A stretch of 20,000 nucleotides of DNA from Vermamoeba vermiformis (Eukaryota), in NCBI GenBank assembly GCA_045837725.1, contig JBEWZL010000089.1, positions 109,139 through 129,138 of the forward strand, written 5' to 3'. Both the position numbers and the translations under genes were made by a program. Of this stretch, positions 1-10,340 are shown piece after piece. The notes under the pieces are model-generated. The model was given only the letters and a program-made list of their open reading frames with translations. It ran no database searches and had not been told where the DNA came from. The stretch's first letter is position 1; every line of letters begins with the position of its first letter.

Positions 1-759
1 AAAATATTGAAATTAGCCTCGAATAAGAAAGAAACAAGCAACAAAGAAAGCAAAGTTGAGAAGAGGAGTCAGGCGAAGAAAGAAGAGGCGCCAACACCTG
101 TCCCTGTTCCTAAAAAACTTCAAAAGGTTCGTTGCTTCTGCTCCATTTCACTGTGTTAACGATGATAATAGAGGAGAATATCACAAGTCTCTAGCCCTCA
201 AGAAAATGACCGACCAGCCAAGCGACTTCGATGGACGCGAAGTTTGATGAACGCCCACAAAACCAAGTATGCCACGACAATTAGCGAGAAACAAGACGAC
301 AGCGAGGTTGTACAAGTGCTGAAGAAGAAGCTGTCGTTCATTGTGAACTCGCTGGCCAAACGAGGACTGATCACGACAGACTTCATCGATCTTGTTGAAG
401 AAGATAATGTGATTGAGCTCGATGAGGTCAAGCTGTGCGAATCACTCACCATTGGTAGCAACAGCAATAATAATAGCAACACTAACGGCCACACAAACAA
501 CAATACAAATTCAAACCGTGCCTACTCCGAAGAAGAGTACGATGTACATAATAGCAGTCGCAGTGAAATGTTTGATGCCAATGGCAATGCTTTGGTTGAC
601 CGACGCGACGAAGAAGAGGAAGAGTTCATTGAGTACGATGGGGAGGAAGACAATGACGAGGAATTAGCTAGTGAGGAGCACGACGAAGATAATACCACCA
701 ACAATACTAATAATACCTCTAGTGTCGCACGACCTGTGCCCTTCATTCAATTCTTGTAA
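1..759 (+). CDS. 3' end of a gene (5' part outside the window) whose C-terminus is homologous to that of the downstream MORC protein; possible MORC paralog
   Basis: Frame open from base 1 (KILKLASNKKETS...PKKLQK). A 45-bp GT..AG intron at 127-171 contains an in-frame TAA. Exon 172-759 (RRISQVSSPQEND...VPFIQFL*) carries LKKKLSFIVNSLAKRGLITTDFIDLVEEDNVIELDEVKLCESLT and terminal VPFIQFL, both shared with the MORC gene ending at 3615. Confidence 0.8.
317..443 (+). repeat. 127-bp direct repeat, copy 1 (copy 2 at 3272-3398)
   Basis: Manual alignment gives 124/127 identity. The three mismatches are synonymous third-position T/C changes (gat/gac, gtt/gtc, gat/gac). Confidence 0.95.
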
Positions 760-887
760 TATAATTTTATTAAATTTAGTTTGGCGCGCAATTTTAGTTT
801 TGTTTCCGAAAGTTACCGAAATAGTTTCTTGCGAACATCACGATGTACAACAACACAGTATTAGCTCGTTTGTTAATATAATAACCC

Positions 888-3615
888 ATGGAAGACGAGG
901 AATTTTTAAAACACAGTACAGTAAGCACAGATCAGCCACAGATGATCTGATCAGATCTGGTGTTGTTGTCATTAGTTAATTTTATAATATTTTTGTAGAC
1001 ACATCCCAAGTACCTAGAAAGCAACAGGTGAGTTTTCACCTACTGTGCTAGATGTGGACTAAATATTATTTACTTATTTTTATTGACAGCACGTCGCATT
1101 CTTGGGTCTTCGGCGCAATGGCAGAATTATTTGGTAAGCACTTGTGAATTATTCAAATTATTTCCGCTTCTGATCTGTTTTGTAGACAACGCTCAAGATG
1201 CGAAAGCTACTCTAGTCACTATTGATGTCATTGATGATGCCGAATACGTAAAGATGATGTCTGTGCAAGATAATGGTGAGTTCGAGTAAAAGTCTCCTTT
1301 CAGTTTCGAACATCAATTCTGACAAGATCTGCTGACAACCCAGGTGTGGGCATGGACTACAAAACTCTGCACAAAATGTTGTCATTCGGTCATTGCACGA
1401 AACAAGAAGGAGATATTGGAAGATACGGCAACGGTTTCAAGAGTGGTAAGTGAACATTCATTTTATTTAGAGCGGTGTTCTGATGAGGATTCAAAGGCTC
1501 AATGCGAATGGGCAGCGATGCAATTGTGTTCACCAAAGACGGCACAACAAAGAGTGTTGGCATGCTGTCACGAACATTTCTTGAAAAGACAAATGCGACA
1601 GAAGTGCTCGTGCCAATGGTGTCGTGGTCTGAACGCACGGGCGAGCAGTTGTTCACTGGTGACACGAAAGAGTCCAAGTTCATGCAAAACAGCTTGAAAG
1701 TCATTCACGGTAAGGCCTCAAGTCACATTTGAACGTAATCTAATTGCCGTGCAGAGCACTCTCCATTTCACGGCATGAAAGACCTTGAAGCCCAATTCGA
1801 TTTTATTGACGAAAGGGGCACGCGCATAGTGATTTGGAACTTGCGCAAGATTGAAAATTCTCACGACTTTGAGTTAGATTTTGATCATGATGAAACTGAC
1901 ATTCTTCTCAGAGACGCTGTAAGTACTCGGGTATCTCTTATGAACCGATTATTAACAGTTCAAAAGACGTTTGAAAACAATAGAAACATGGACTCAGAAA
2001 CCAATGAGTACCTTATTTCGCTGAAGATGTACTTGAAGATTCTCTATATGGTCCCGAAAATGAAGTTCATCTTGCGTGGTGAACGCGTCAGAACCGTGAT
2101 CTACCCAAAGACATTGCACCTCGCCAAGACAACCGTGTACCGCCCCAAGGCCCATGGTGATGTGAAGATCACGTATGGATTCAATCATAATCGCCGTATA
2201 TTCGGCATGATGCTGTACAATAAGAACAGGTATGATGTGATATAATGCACAATAATAGTACTCGAGCTAATGACGTGTTGCAGATTGATCGAGTCGTTCT
2301 TACCGCTGGGCATTCACACCGAGCACAGCAGTCGAGGCAAAGGTGTGATGGGCGTGTGCGACGCTGACTTCTTGCAGCCCACGCACAACAAACAAGTACG
2401 GAACGACCACATGAACAACTATCCGATCTAACGTCTCATGTAGAAATTCGTCGCAACTGCTGACTATCACAAGCTCAAGCTAGAGCTAGCACGACGACTG
2501 CGTGTTTATTGGGACAGCTGCAACATGAACGGCAGAATTGGTAACTTTTGGGAACTGCCAAAGAACCCCGACGAAGATTGGATTCAATGCGATACTTGTC
2601 TCAAATGGCGCCATCTCACAAAGACAAATAGCTCGCTGAAAGAGGCAGATAAGTTCACGTGCTCCATGCTTGAATTGCACCCAACTGAAAGACAAAAAGA
2701 AAAGGCAGACCAGACCGATTTACCTGACGCGTGCAAGGTGCCTCAAGTGGCTAACTGCATGTATTCGAAAATCGTGTTTTTAGCAACTGAAGGAAAGAAG
2801 CGCAAGATACCTGTAAGCCTAGAGCCTTCTATGATGGTGCTAAACTGACCATCCACTCAGCCTGGCCGAGAACATTGGATCGGTGCACGCGTGTCGTTGT
2901 ATTGGAGCTCTTACGACAAATGGTTCGAAGGCGAGGTCGTAGACTATGACAACGCGAAGAACAAGTACAAAGTGAGGTACGACGACGGAGATCTGTTGTG
3001 GGAGACGTACGATGACGGATTCAACATTTTGACATTGCCTGGAGGAAAGAAGAACGTCAATACAAGAAAGGTAAGCAACTTATCAACAAATGGAATAACA
3101 GTTCTGACTCTGAGTAGCGGAAGAAGCCATTGAATTCTGATGACGAGTCTGAAGATGACGAAGAGAGCAGCGAAAGACCGAAAAAGAAGCAAAAGAAGAA
3201 CAAATCCGAGGCTAGTGACGAGGAGAACAACGGTGAATTTGAAAGTCAGAACACAATACGAGAGAACAGAATGCTGAAGAAGAAGCTGTCGTTCATTGTG
3301 AACTCGCTGGCCAAACGAGGACTGATCACGACAGACTTCATCGACCTTGTCGAAGAAGACAATGTGATTGAGCTCGATGAGGTCAAGCTGTGCGAATCTT
3401 TGACAGTCAACAACACTACCGACAATAATAACAACACGAATAGCCGCACCAAGGCACGCAACAGCATATATGTAAATAACAATAACAACGAGAACTCGAG
3501 GTCGCCTTCCCCGATGGACCACGCAGGCTCGTACGATGATTACTCGGGCAATGGAATAGAGCCTGACAACAACGCCAGTGGAACCACAGAAGTGCCATTT
3601 ATACAGTTCTTGTGA
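888..3615 (+). CDS. MORC: MORC-family GHKL ATPase with S5 fold, CW-type zinc finger, Tudor-like domain and short C-terminal helical block (multi-exon, about 13 exons)
   Basis: Splicing exons 888-920, 999-1027, 1090-1132, 1186-1275, 1344-1445, 1497-... gives [36 protein letters not shown], SFG and IGRYGNGFKSGSMRMG (MORC GHKL motifs), then GTRIVIWNL, GMMLYNKNRLI and GVMGVCDADFLQPTHNKQKF (S5 region). WIQCDTCLKWR...FTCSM...C is a zf-CW. IGARVSLYWSSYDKWFEGEVVDYDNAKNKYKVRYDDGD is Tudor-like. Stop TGA at 3613-3615. Confidence 0.95.
3272..3398 (+). repeat. 127-bp direct repeat, copy 2 (copy 1 at 317-443)
   Basis: 124/127 identical to 317-443; lies in the last exon of the MORC gene. Confidence 0.95.
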
Positions 3616-3767
3616 ACATAATGTAAATAGGTCCTGTAAATATCGGATCTCATGCTTGCGCACAAAAAACTACTATTACGCTAGCGTTCGGTACGATTTT
3701 TCTTACGCGAACTCAGAGTCCAAAAAGAAAATCTTTTGCATGGCCTTAAAGATAAATAACAATACTA

Positions 3768-5846
3768 ATGGCTAAGAAATTATTGATTTCTATTGCCGTT
3801 GTCTTGGCCTTCGTTGCCCTTATTTCAGCGCAATCCATCCCAGATCAAGATTGGGGCTATATTACCGTCAGACCAAAAGCCCATATGTTTTGGTGCGCAC
3901 TTATATTAATTACCTAACACATGCACGAGCTAAGAATATTAATTAGGTGGTTGTATGGTACTTCTAACAAGGCACAACGTCCTCAAACTCCTCTTGTAAT
4001 GTGGTAAGATTTTAATTTAAACTTGCATGAATTATAATACTACTAGTAAAATCTTGATGAATGACGACAGATTTAAAGTTAAAAATCGATATTATTTCAA
4101 TAATCCGAAAATAAAATTATTTGGTAGGTTGCAAGGCGGCCCTGGAGCTAGCGGCACTGGTACGATCTTTAATTGTTTAAATATATTGCTATACGAGATT
4201 TGAATACCGTTAAAGGATTTGGATAGACTTAGACTATTCCAACCAGATTTCCAAATCTGACTATTTTCTCTCAACCCTCACATTTTCAACGGTAGGCTTC
4301 GGTAATTTCGAGGAGATCGGTCCTCTTGATGTTAATCAGAACCCTCGTCCCTATTCGTGGGTCAAAGCGTACGTATCGTCGATCTGGTTTACTTCCATAC
4401 TGATCAACGTTATTTTCTTCACTAGTGCCAACTTGCTCTTTGTTGATAATCCTGTCGGTAAGCCGACATCAGTTACATCAAAGTATAGCGGTTCTGACTT
4501 ACAATAGGCACTGGCTACTCGTACGTCGAGGATGACAGCGCGTACACGACCAACGAGAAGCAGATCGCTTCAGACTTGCTCGCATTGCTCTCTGGCTTTT
4601 TGAAGAAGTACCCCGTGTTCCAACGCACCCCCTTCTACATCTTCTCGGAGTCGTACGGTAAGCAGAATTTCAAATTTACCTGGTTTGGGATTCGATTTAA
4701 TTTATGGCTTTGATTGACTAGGTGGTAAAATGGCTGCGTCATTCGCAAAAGCTTTGTATGACGCTATTCAGGCTGGCAAAATCCAATGTACGTTCGGCGG
4801 TGTTGCGATGGGTGACTCGTGGATCGATCCAATGTCATTTGTCAATGCATGGGGTCCTTATCTGTACACGATGGGTGAAATCGATGGCAATGGCTTGGCT
4901 CAGATTAATGCTGCTGCTGCTGCCACTCAACAGTTGGTGAATCAACAGCAATGGGCTGCCGCTACCAATCAGTGGGGCAACACCGAACAAATTCTCGAAG
5001 ACGTACGTACTCGCATAGAACAAAAGGATATTCGGCGAATTAAACGTGCTCGTGTAGGTCTCTATGAACGTCAACTTCTACAATATCCTTGACCGCACTG
5101 GTGATAACATGAGTACGTTCGAGCGTGTCGAGCCAAGCGCTTTTGGAAATGTTAATGTTAGTTTTGAACAGAGAAGCGCGGCTTGAGACCGTTCTCGGAA
5201 ATCTTCTTGTCTCGATTCCAAGAGGATCCTTTGACTCAGCTCATGAACGGTCCTTTGAAAACGAAACTTGGCATTCCTGACAACGTCACTTGGTAAGTGT
5301 CAATGTTGTTGCACTAGTTGTATGTCATACGACTAAAGATTTCGTTCGTGTGTACTAGGGCCATGGAATCAGGCACTGTATTCAATTACTTGAGCGTGGA
5401 CTTCATGCAAAGCGTCATTCCCACCGTGGACTACCTCCTGAAGAACAACGTCAATGTCATCGTAATCTCAGGCAACTTGGACTTGATTTGGTATTATTCT
5501 GTTATGCCATTAAATTTTGTGCGCTCGAAGCCAATTTTACTAACGTGGGAATCAGCTGCACCATCGGCACTCTGAACTGGATGTCCAAACTGACCTGGCC
5601 AGGCTATCAAGGCTGGTATAACACTGACAATCAGCCCATCACTGTCAACAACTTGGTGGCTGGCTACATCAAGTCGTACCAGAACTTGTCGTTCTACACT
5701 ATCTTCGGTGCTGGTCACATGGTACGCGCATACGAACACTGCAACAAAGTTGATTATGTTATCGCTAATCATCACTACAGGTGCCTTATGATCAGCCGCA
5801 GACTGCTTTGACAATGTTGCAAACTGTTATCAACAACAACAAATAG
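3768..5846 (+). CDS. SCPEP1: Secreted/lysosomal serine carboxypeptidase, peptidase family S10 (SCPEP1/RISC-like), multi-exon
   Basis: Signal peptide MAKKLLISIAVVLAFVALISA. Spliced motifs WGYITVRPKAHMFWWLY, WLQGGPGASGTGFGNFEEIGPLD, LLFVDNPVGTGYSY, catalytic Ser ESYGGK, GDSWIDP, catalytic Asp GNLDLIC and catalytic His AGHMVPYDQP. Stop TAG at 5844-5846. Confidence 0.95.
4205..4294. mobile_element. Possible TA-flanked MITE-like insertion inside intron 4160-4295 of the carboxypeptidase gene
   Basis: TA|CCGTTAAA...TTTCAACGG|TA is a short imperfect terminal inverted repeat with TA on both sides, and there is an internal hairpin CAGATTT-CC-AAATCTG. Removing it leaves a 48-bp intron, the typical size here. 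TIRs are short, so support is weak. Confidence 0.3.
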
Positions 5847-6544
5847 GCCGGGAATAAATTGCGCCTCCTGCGAGGTATTGCAATATTTCAAATACCGTAA
5901 ATCGGACAAAACCTCGTAATCTCGGTAAAAATAAGATTTAAATTATTATAATCTTTGACATTGATCCGGATTCGTCGGGTAAAAAATTTGATGATATTAG
6001 TCATTGCAATTCTAAACTTTGATTACTTCCTTGGGTTTAGTGTAGTTTGTCGAATTCGCCCTTTCCTAAAGATCACAACCAGAAATGCCAGATAAAAGTT
6101 AGAAAGTGCGGTGACGGTTTCGGAATGTTCGTGGGTTCTTCCGTGACCTAACCCGAAACTTGACACTAGTGCCTCATCGGCTGATGTTCGTAATGGTAAT
6201 TCCGATTCATGAAATTGGCGCTAATGAAGCTAGTTACGCAAATAATAGCAATAGTATAAAGTTTATGCTTTTTTAGGAAACGAAACTTCACCACATTTCA
6301 AAGGACGGCAAAGAGTATCTTCAGTGCATAATCACTTCTGGCGCGTGCGCGTGCCGTAATCAAGGTAATCTCCGTGTGCACAGTGATTACAATAATTAAT
6401 TTAATAAGAGTTATTCCGATTTGCGATTCACATAATAAAAACTTATTGTGCATCTGCCAGGGCGTTGCAACAACGATAAAAAGGCATCGCGTCCGTTCCA
6501 TTCTTTTCAAGTCCCCTCTTTCAGCTCTCAAACACAACTCAACC

Positions 6545-7474
6545 ATGAACAAAATCGTCCTTATTGCTCTCTTCGGTCTCATCGCTGTTGCTTTGGCCCA
6601 CGGCGGTCACCATGGTCATGGTGGTCACCACGGTCACGGTGGTCATAATCCCGATTACTTCTACCGCTTCACTGGTTCTGAAGTCATCAACGGTGTTCCC
6701 GCCGAAACCAGAATCAAGTGGATGCGCTTTGCTATGGAGACCAGATTGACCAAGTCTCCTTGCCCCTTCGACACTTTTGGTGCCGTCATTGTTAACCGCA
6801 CTGATGACACTCTTGTTTGCGCTACCTTTGGCTCTCGTAGCAACACTGATCCTACCGGTCACGCTGAGATCTCAGTCATTCGCAAGTAAGTTAAACATTT
6901 TATTTGGATCGCGAAACAAGAAAAACTGAGATTTTCTGATTTAATGGCAAAGTCTTTTTTTTTTTATGACGCACAAGTTAAAAATGGATCACGTGCTCTG
7001 TAAATTCTGTGTACTTTCGGAAACACTCTCCGTTTAAATAACTTTTATTCACTCGAATTGCACGTTACTAACGATTTCTTGCTTAGCTGCTCTCAATTCT
7101 ACCCCGGCAAGGCTTTCGACAAGACTGTTTGGCAACAACTTTCTTTGTACACCACCGGTGAAAGCTGCCCTATGTGCATGGCCGCTACTCGCTGGGCTGG
7201 TATTGGCGAGAACATTTACGCCACTAGCATTGACACACTTTACGAATTGGGCTGGACTCAAATCATGATCAGCTCTTTGCAAGTTGATATCAAGTCTGTT
7301 GATGGCAACATCACTCCTCCCACCACTTTGATCAGCTTTGCCGATACTGCTTACTACGACGCTTACTTCGGCTACCAATTTAACTCAACCAACCCTTGCC
7401 CTGATGGTTGCGCTCGTAACGCCGCTGGTTCTTGTGCCAAGATCGTCGTCCCCGTTGCCGCTCCTGTTGCTTAA
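6545..7474 (+). CDS. Secreted zinc-dependent cytidine/guanine-deaminase-fold protein (242 aa, 2 exons: 6545-6885, 7087-7474)
   Basis: Signal peptide MNKIVLIALFGLIAVALA, His/Gly tract, WMRFA...CPFDTFGAVIVN, zinc motifs DPTGHAE and LYTTGESCPMC, C-terminal CPDGC...C. A 201-bp GT-AG intron joins the exons in frame (729 nt total). Strong T/C-ending codon bias suggests high expression. Confidence 0.9.
6599..6646 (+). repeat. Coding tandem repeat HGGHHG-HGGHHG-HGGH immediately after the signal peptide
   Basis: cac ggc ggt cac cat ggt cat ggt ggt cac cac ggt cac ggt ggt cat: imperfect 18-bp unit, 8 His in 16 residues. Confidence 0.9.
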
Positions 7475-8156
7475 AAAAATAGGAAATGTACGAACTTTCT
7501 GTATCATTAAAAATTATTTAATTGCAACTTGTCGTAGAGTTCTGATTGATTTAATTTGCCGAAGACAAGTTTGACGTTATCCAAAAATCTTTCGTTTTTC
7601 TTCATTTAAATTCTCGCTGCCAAGCTCAAACACAAACACAAGCCGTTTCCAAGCTGTAACGTTCGGAAACCTGATCGACGGATTGCCATCCACCCCCTCT
7701 CAAAGTATTTTGTGGTAAGAAATACATACCTTCTACGATGTTCCCCGGCTTTGTATAGCACTATCTGACCAACTTTTTGGTCGTCCTGTAGGTGCATGCG
7801 CATAATTATTTTTTCGTTGGAATTGATCAAATCCTTCGGAACAGATGAGAAAAATCAAAATTTGGCCTGCTCAAAAATCTAATGATGTCTAATTCAACGT
7901 GTTCGGTCTATCCAACCGGATGATGTCCCTAAAAGTTCTCCATTTTGAGCATTAGATCGGGAGCTTCGCCGCTACCTCCGAAAAATTGCAGCAAGAGTAC
8001 CTGTATTGCCATTTTTCGTGACAAAGCCCAGTTCACTGGTGTAACCTTTCCAACGAACTTTAAATTTCTGTTGAATCACAAAGCTTTTATTTGTTTATTC
8101 GCTCTTTAACTGTAAACTATAAGTCGTTAGGTGACAACTTAAATTCAGAATGCCAA

Positions 8157-10043
8157 ATGGCGAGGTAAGTTCTAACAAGCGAAATAACGCTTAGTAAATC
8201 AGCTGGTAGTGCAAGCTTACATTTCAACCAACGACTATACTAATTTTAATTTTGTTAGTGAAGTAACTCCTAGTCTTGCCACCCTTGAAGAAGGCAGGCC
8301 CAATGACGCGCTTGATTACACGGACGGCGGTATTAATTTATTCTTTGATAATCCTGCACCTCGCGTCGAGCTCAAAAATACAAGCCCAACAGAATCTGAC
8401 GGTCTGGACGGTCCACGGACTATGCTGAAGCGAGTTAGCTCTCGAATTATTAATTCGCAAGCTCCTGCATTGCAGAGGCAGCCTTCGTTGCTCCGCACGA
8501 AGAGCGATTCTGATTCAACGACAACGACCTCATCCGATCAGCACGTGCGCTTTTCTCCTAGCGCCCGCGCGACATTACAAATAGAAGAAAGCTCAATAAG
8601 AAAATCACAAGGGTGGTTAAAATTCGGCAAATATATTATTGGAACAATGCCTGCTTGGGAGCGACAGTTGAACGAGATGGAGAGTTTTTGGGGAGCAGTG
8701 CTGCGGTTTTGGGACTCGTTCTTTCGAGGAGTCGGCCAGGTACTCATTTAAAGTAATGCATATTAGCACGGCAGGTGACTTACTGAACTTGAAGGTTGGT
8801 TACATCAATAATTCCCTCGCCGGAGTTTGCGTGCTCGTTATTGCCTTGATCACTGAGTAAGTCAAGAACAAAGTCTTACTCATAGACGGCAATGAGCTAA
8901 TTCTAACGTAAATGTAATGATTTCAAAGTACTTGGGTTGGAATTCTGGGACTGATCGGGTGCTTTTGTTCTACGCTGTTTGCTAGCTTTGCTAAGTTAAA
9001 TGCCGAGCGATTTAGGTAAGATTTGGACATTCATTGTCAAGTCTAATTAATGACATGTCTCTTAGGTCGGGTCTCTTTGGTTACAACGGTTATTTACTCG
9101 GTGCAAACATGGCTGTCACGATTCTTGCAGCGTGGGACTGGAAGTCAATTCTCGTCACGGTAGTCTTGTCCCCGTTAGTTATTGTAAGAATTGGTCGCTA
9201 TTTTCGCACGCAATCTCACCTTAATCTCGCCAGATATTCCAAGTTGGTTGCAGTAATATCTTCGTCAATTTTGACTCACCACCATTCGGCATTCCGTTAT
9301 TGACGGTAATCTACATGATGTACCTGTGCATGTATCCGTCGAGCTTTCTTCGACCGTGGCAGAGGAGTCCTTCGCTGCCGGACTCGCGAATCGTGGATTA
9401 CCAAGTCACAGCTGACCTAGTGTTTGAAGGCATGGGTGCTAGCATTGCCGAGACTTTTTTCACATCAAACACTTGGTCGTAAGTAGTCGAGATTCTGACT
9501 GAATATGTTCCAACTGTAACGCGTGTACTAGTGCCATTGCGTTTCTTGCATTGCTCCTGCTTCGGTCCCCTCAGTACTTGATAGCTGCAGTTACTGGTGC
9601 TGTGTTCGGCAATCTCACATTGTTCTTGCTTGGAGTCAACGCGGTCAACATACGGAATGGACTATGGGGCTGGAATGCAGTACTGACAGGTGATTCATTT
9701 TCAAACCTCCGTCAGTTATTACATTTCTTATCGAATCTTTTTCTTAGGACTCGCGCTCTACGGTGAGTTTTTAGAGCACAATTGGCGTTCGTGGCTTTAC
9801 ACGGCGTACGCGGTCATTGGTACGACGGTCATTCAAGTTGGCATGATCGCACTGTTTCAAGTGTGGGGCATTCCGATGTCTAATATATCGTACACCATCG
9901 TGTGCATTATGTTCATGACCGCTAGGAAGAGCATACCAGGCTTGCAAGAGAAGACTGGTGAGCAAGTGCCAGCAGATCCCGCGCAACTGAGAAAAGAGGA
10001 ATTTGCGAAGAGGCGAGCGGTGTCAAGATTTATGAAAGTGTAA
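8157..10043 (+). CDS. Urea transporter (UT/SLC14 family), divergent, with a long disordered N-terminus; multi-exon
   Basis: Probable start ATG 8157 with a phase-2 intron at 8165-8258. UT hallmarks after splicing: FFRGVGQVGYINNSLAG, SGLFGYNGYLLG, and second repeat GMGASIAETFFTSNTW and RNGLWGWNAVLTGLALYG, with about 10 hydrophobic segments. Stop TAA at 10041-10043. Confidence 0.88.
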
Positions 10044-10340
10044 ATATATTTATTTAATTCGATGTAAAGGTGAAAAGGAATATTCCTGAAGATTGCAAGC
10101 CCGCTTAAAATAGTTACAGGCGTTCGCCGGCGAAGGTAAGGTAGCCAGCTTTAACCTGAAGTACGATGTCATTCATTTGCTTACCGGTTAACTGTTTCGA
10201 GCCTTCCGTCCGTTCGCAGAGACCAGACAAAAAAGGAGCAAAATCGCCGTTTTTTTTTGAATCACGTTGCGAAATCAAAATCTATTTTATCGTTAGTCCC
10301 TACACCATCAAACTCAAGAGTACGAAGTTATTGGGTTAAG

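Noticed and set aside
455-720. AAC/AAT and GAA/GAC-rich tracts as candidate repeat arrays
   Set aside because: Ordinary coding low-complexity (poly-Asn, acidic) linkers, not a repeat-spacer array.
944-957. 14-bp perfect palindrome GATCTGATCAGATC in MORC intron 1
   Set aside because: Single short palindrome in a GATC-rich microrepeat, with no flanking structure or second copy.
2944-3663. 239-aa minus-strand ORF and the other minus-strand ORFs in the track (e.g. 198-503, 5494-5814, 6539-6862, 18138-18530)
   Set aside because: They are antisense shadows of well-supported + strand exons, with no recognisable motifs.
5893-5927. TACCG...CGGTA mini inverted repeat resembling a Tc2-type end
   Set aside because: Only 5 bp of inverted match over 35 bp, which is expected by chance.
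6030-6170. tRNA-like start (GGTTTAGTGTAGT) and a short stem GTTTCGG/CCGAAAC in the intergenic region
   Set aside because: No complete cloverleaf or properly spaced T-arm could be folded; insufficient for an RNA gene call.
6374-6544. N-terminal extension of ORF 6374-6889 from a GTG start
   Set aside because: Eukaryotic context. ATG 6545 begins a clean signal peptide and the codon bias starts there.
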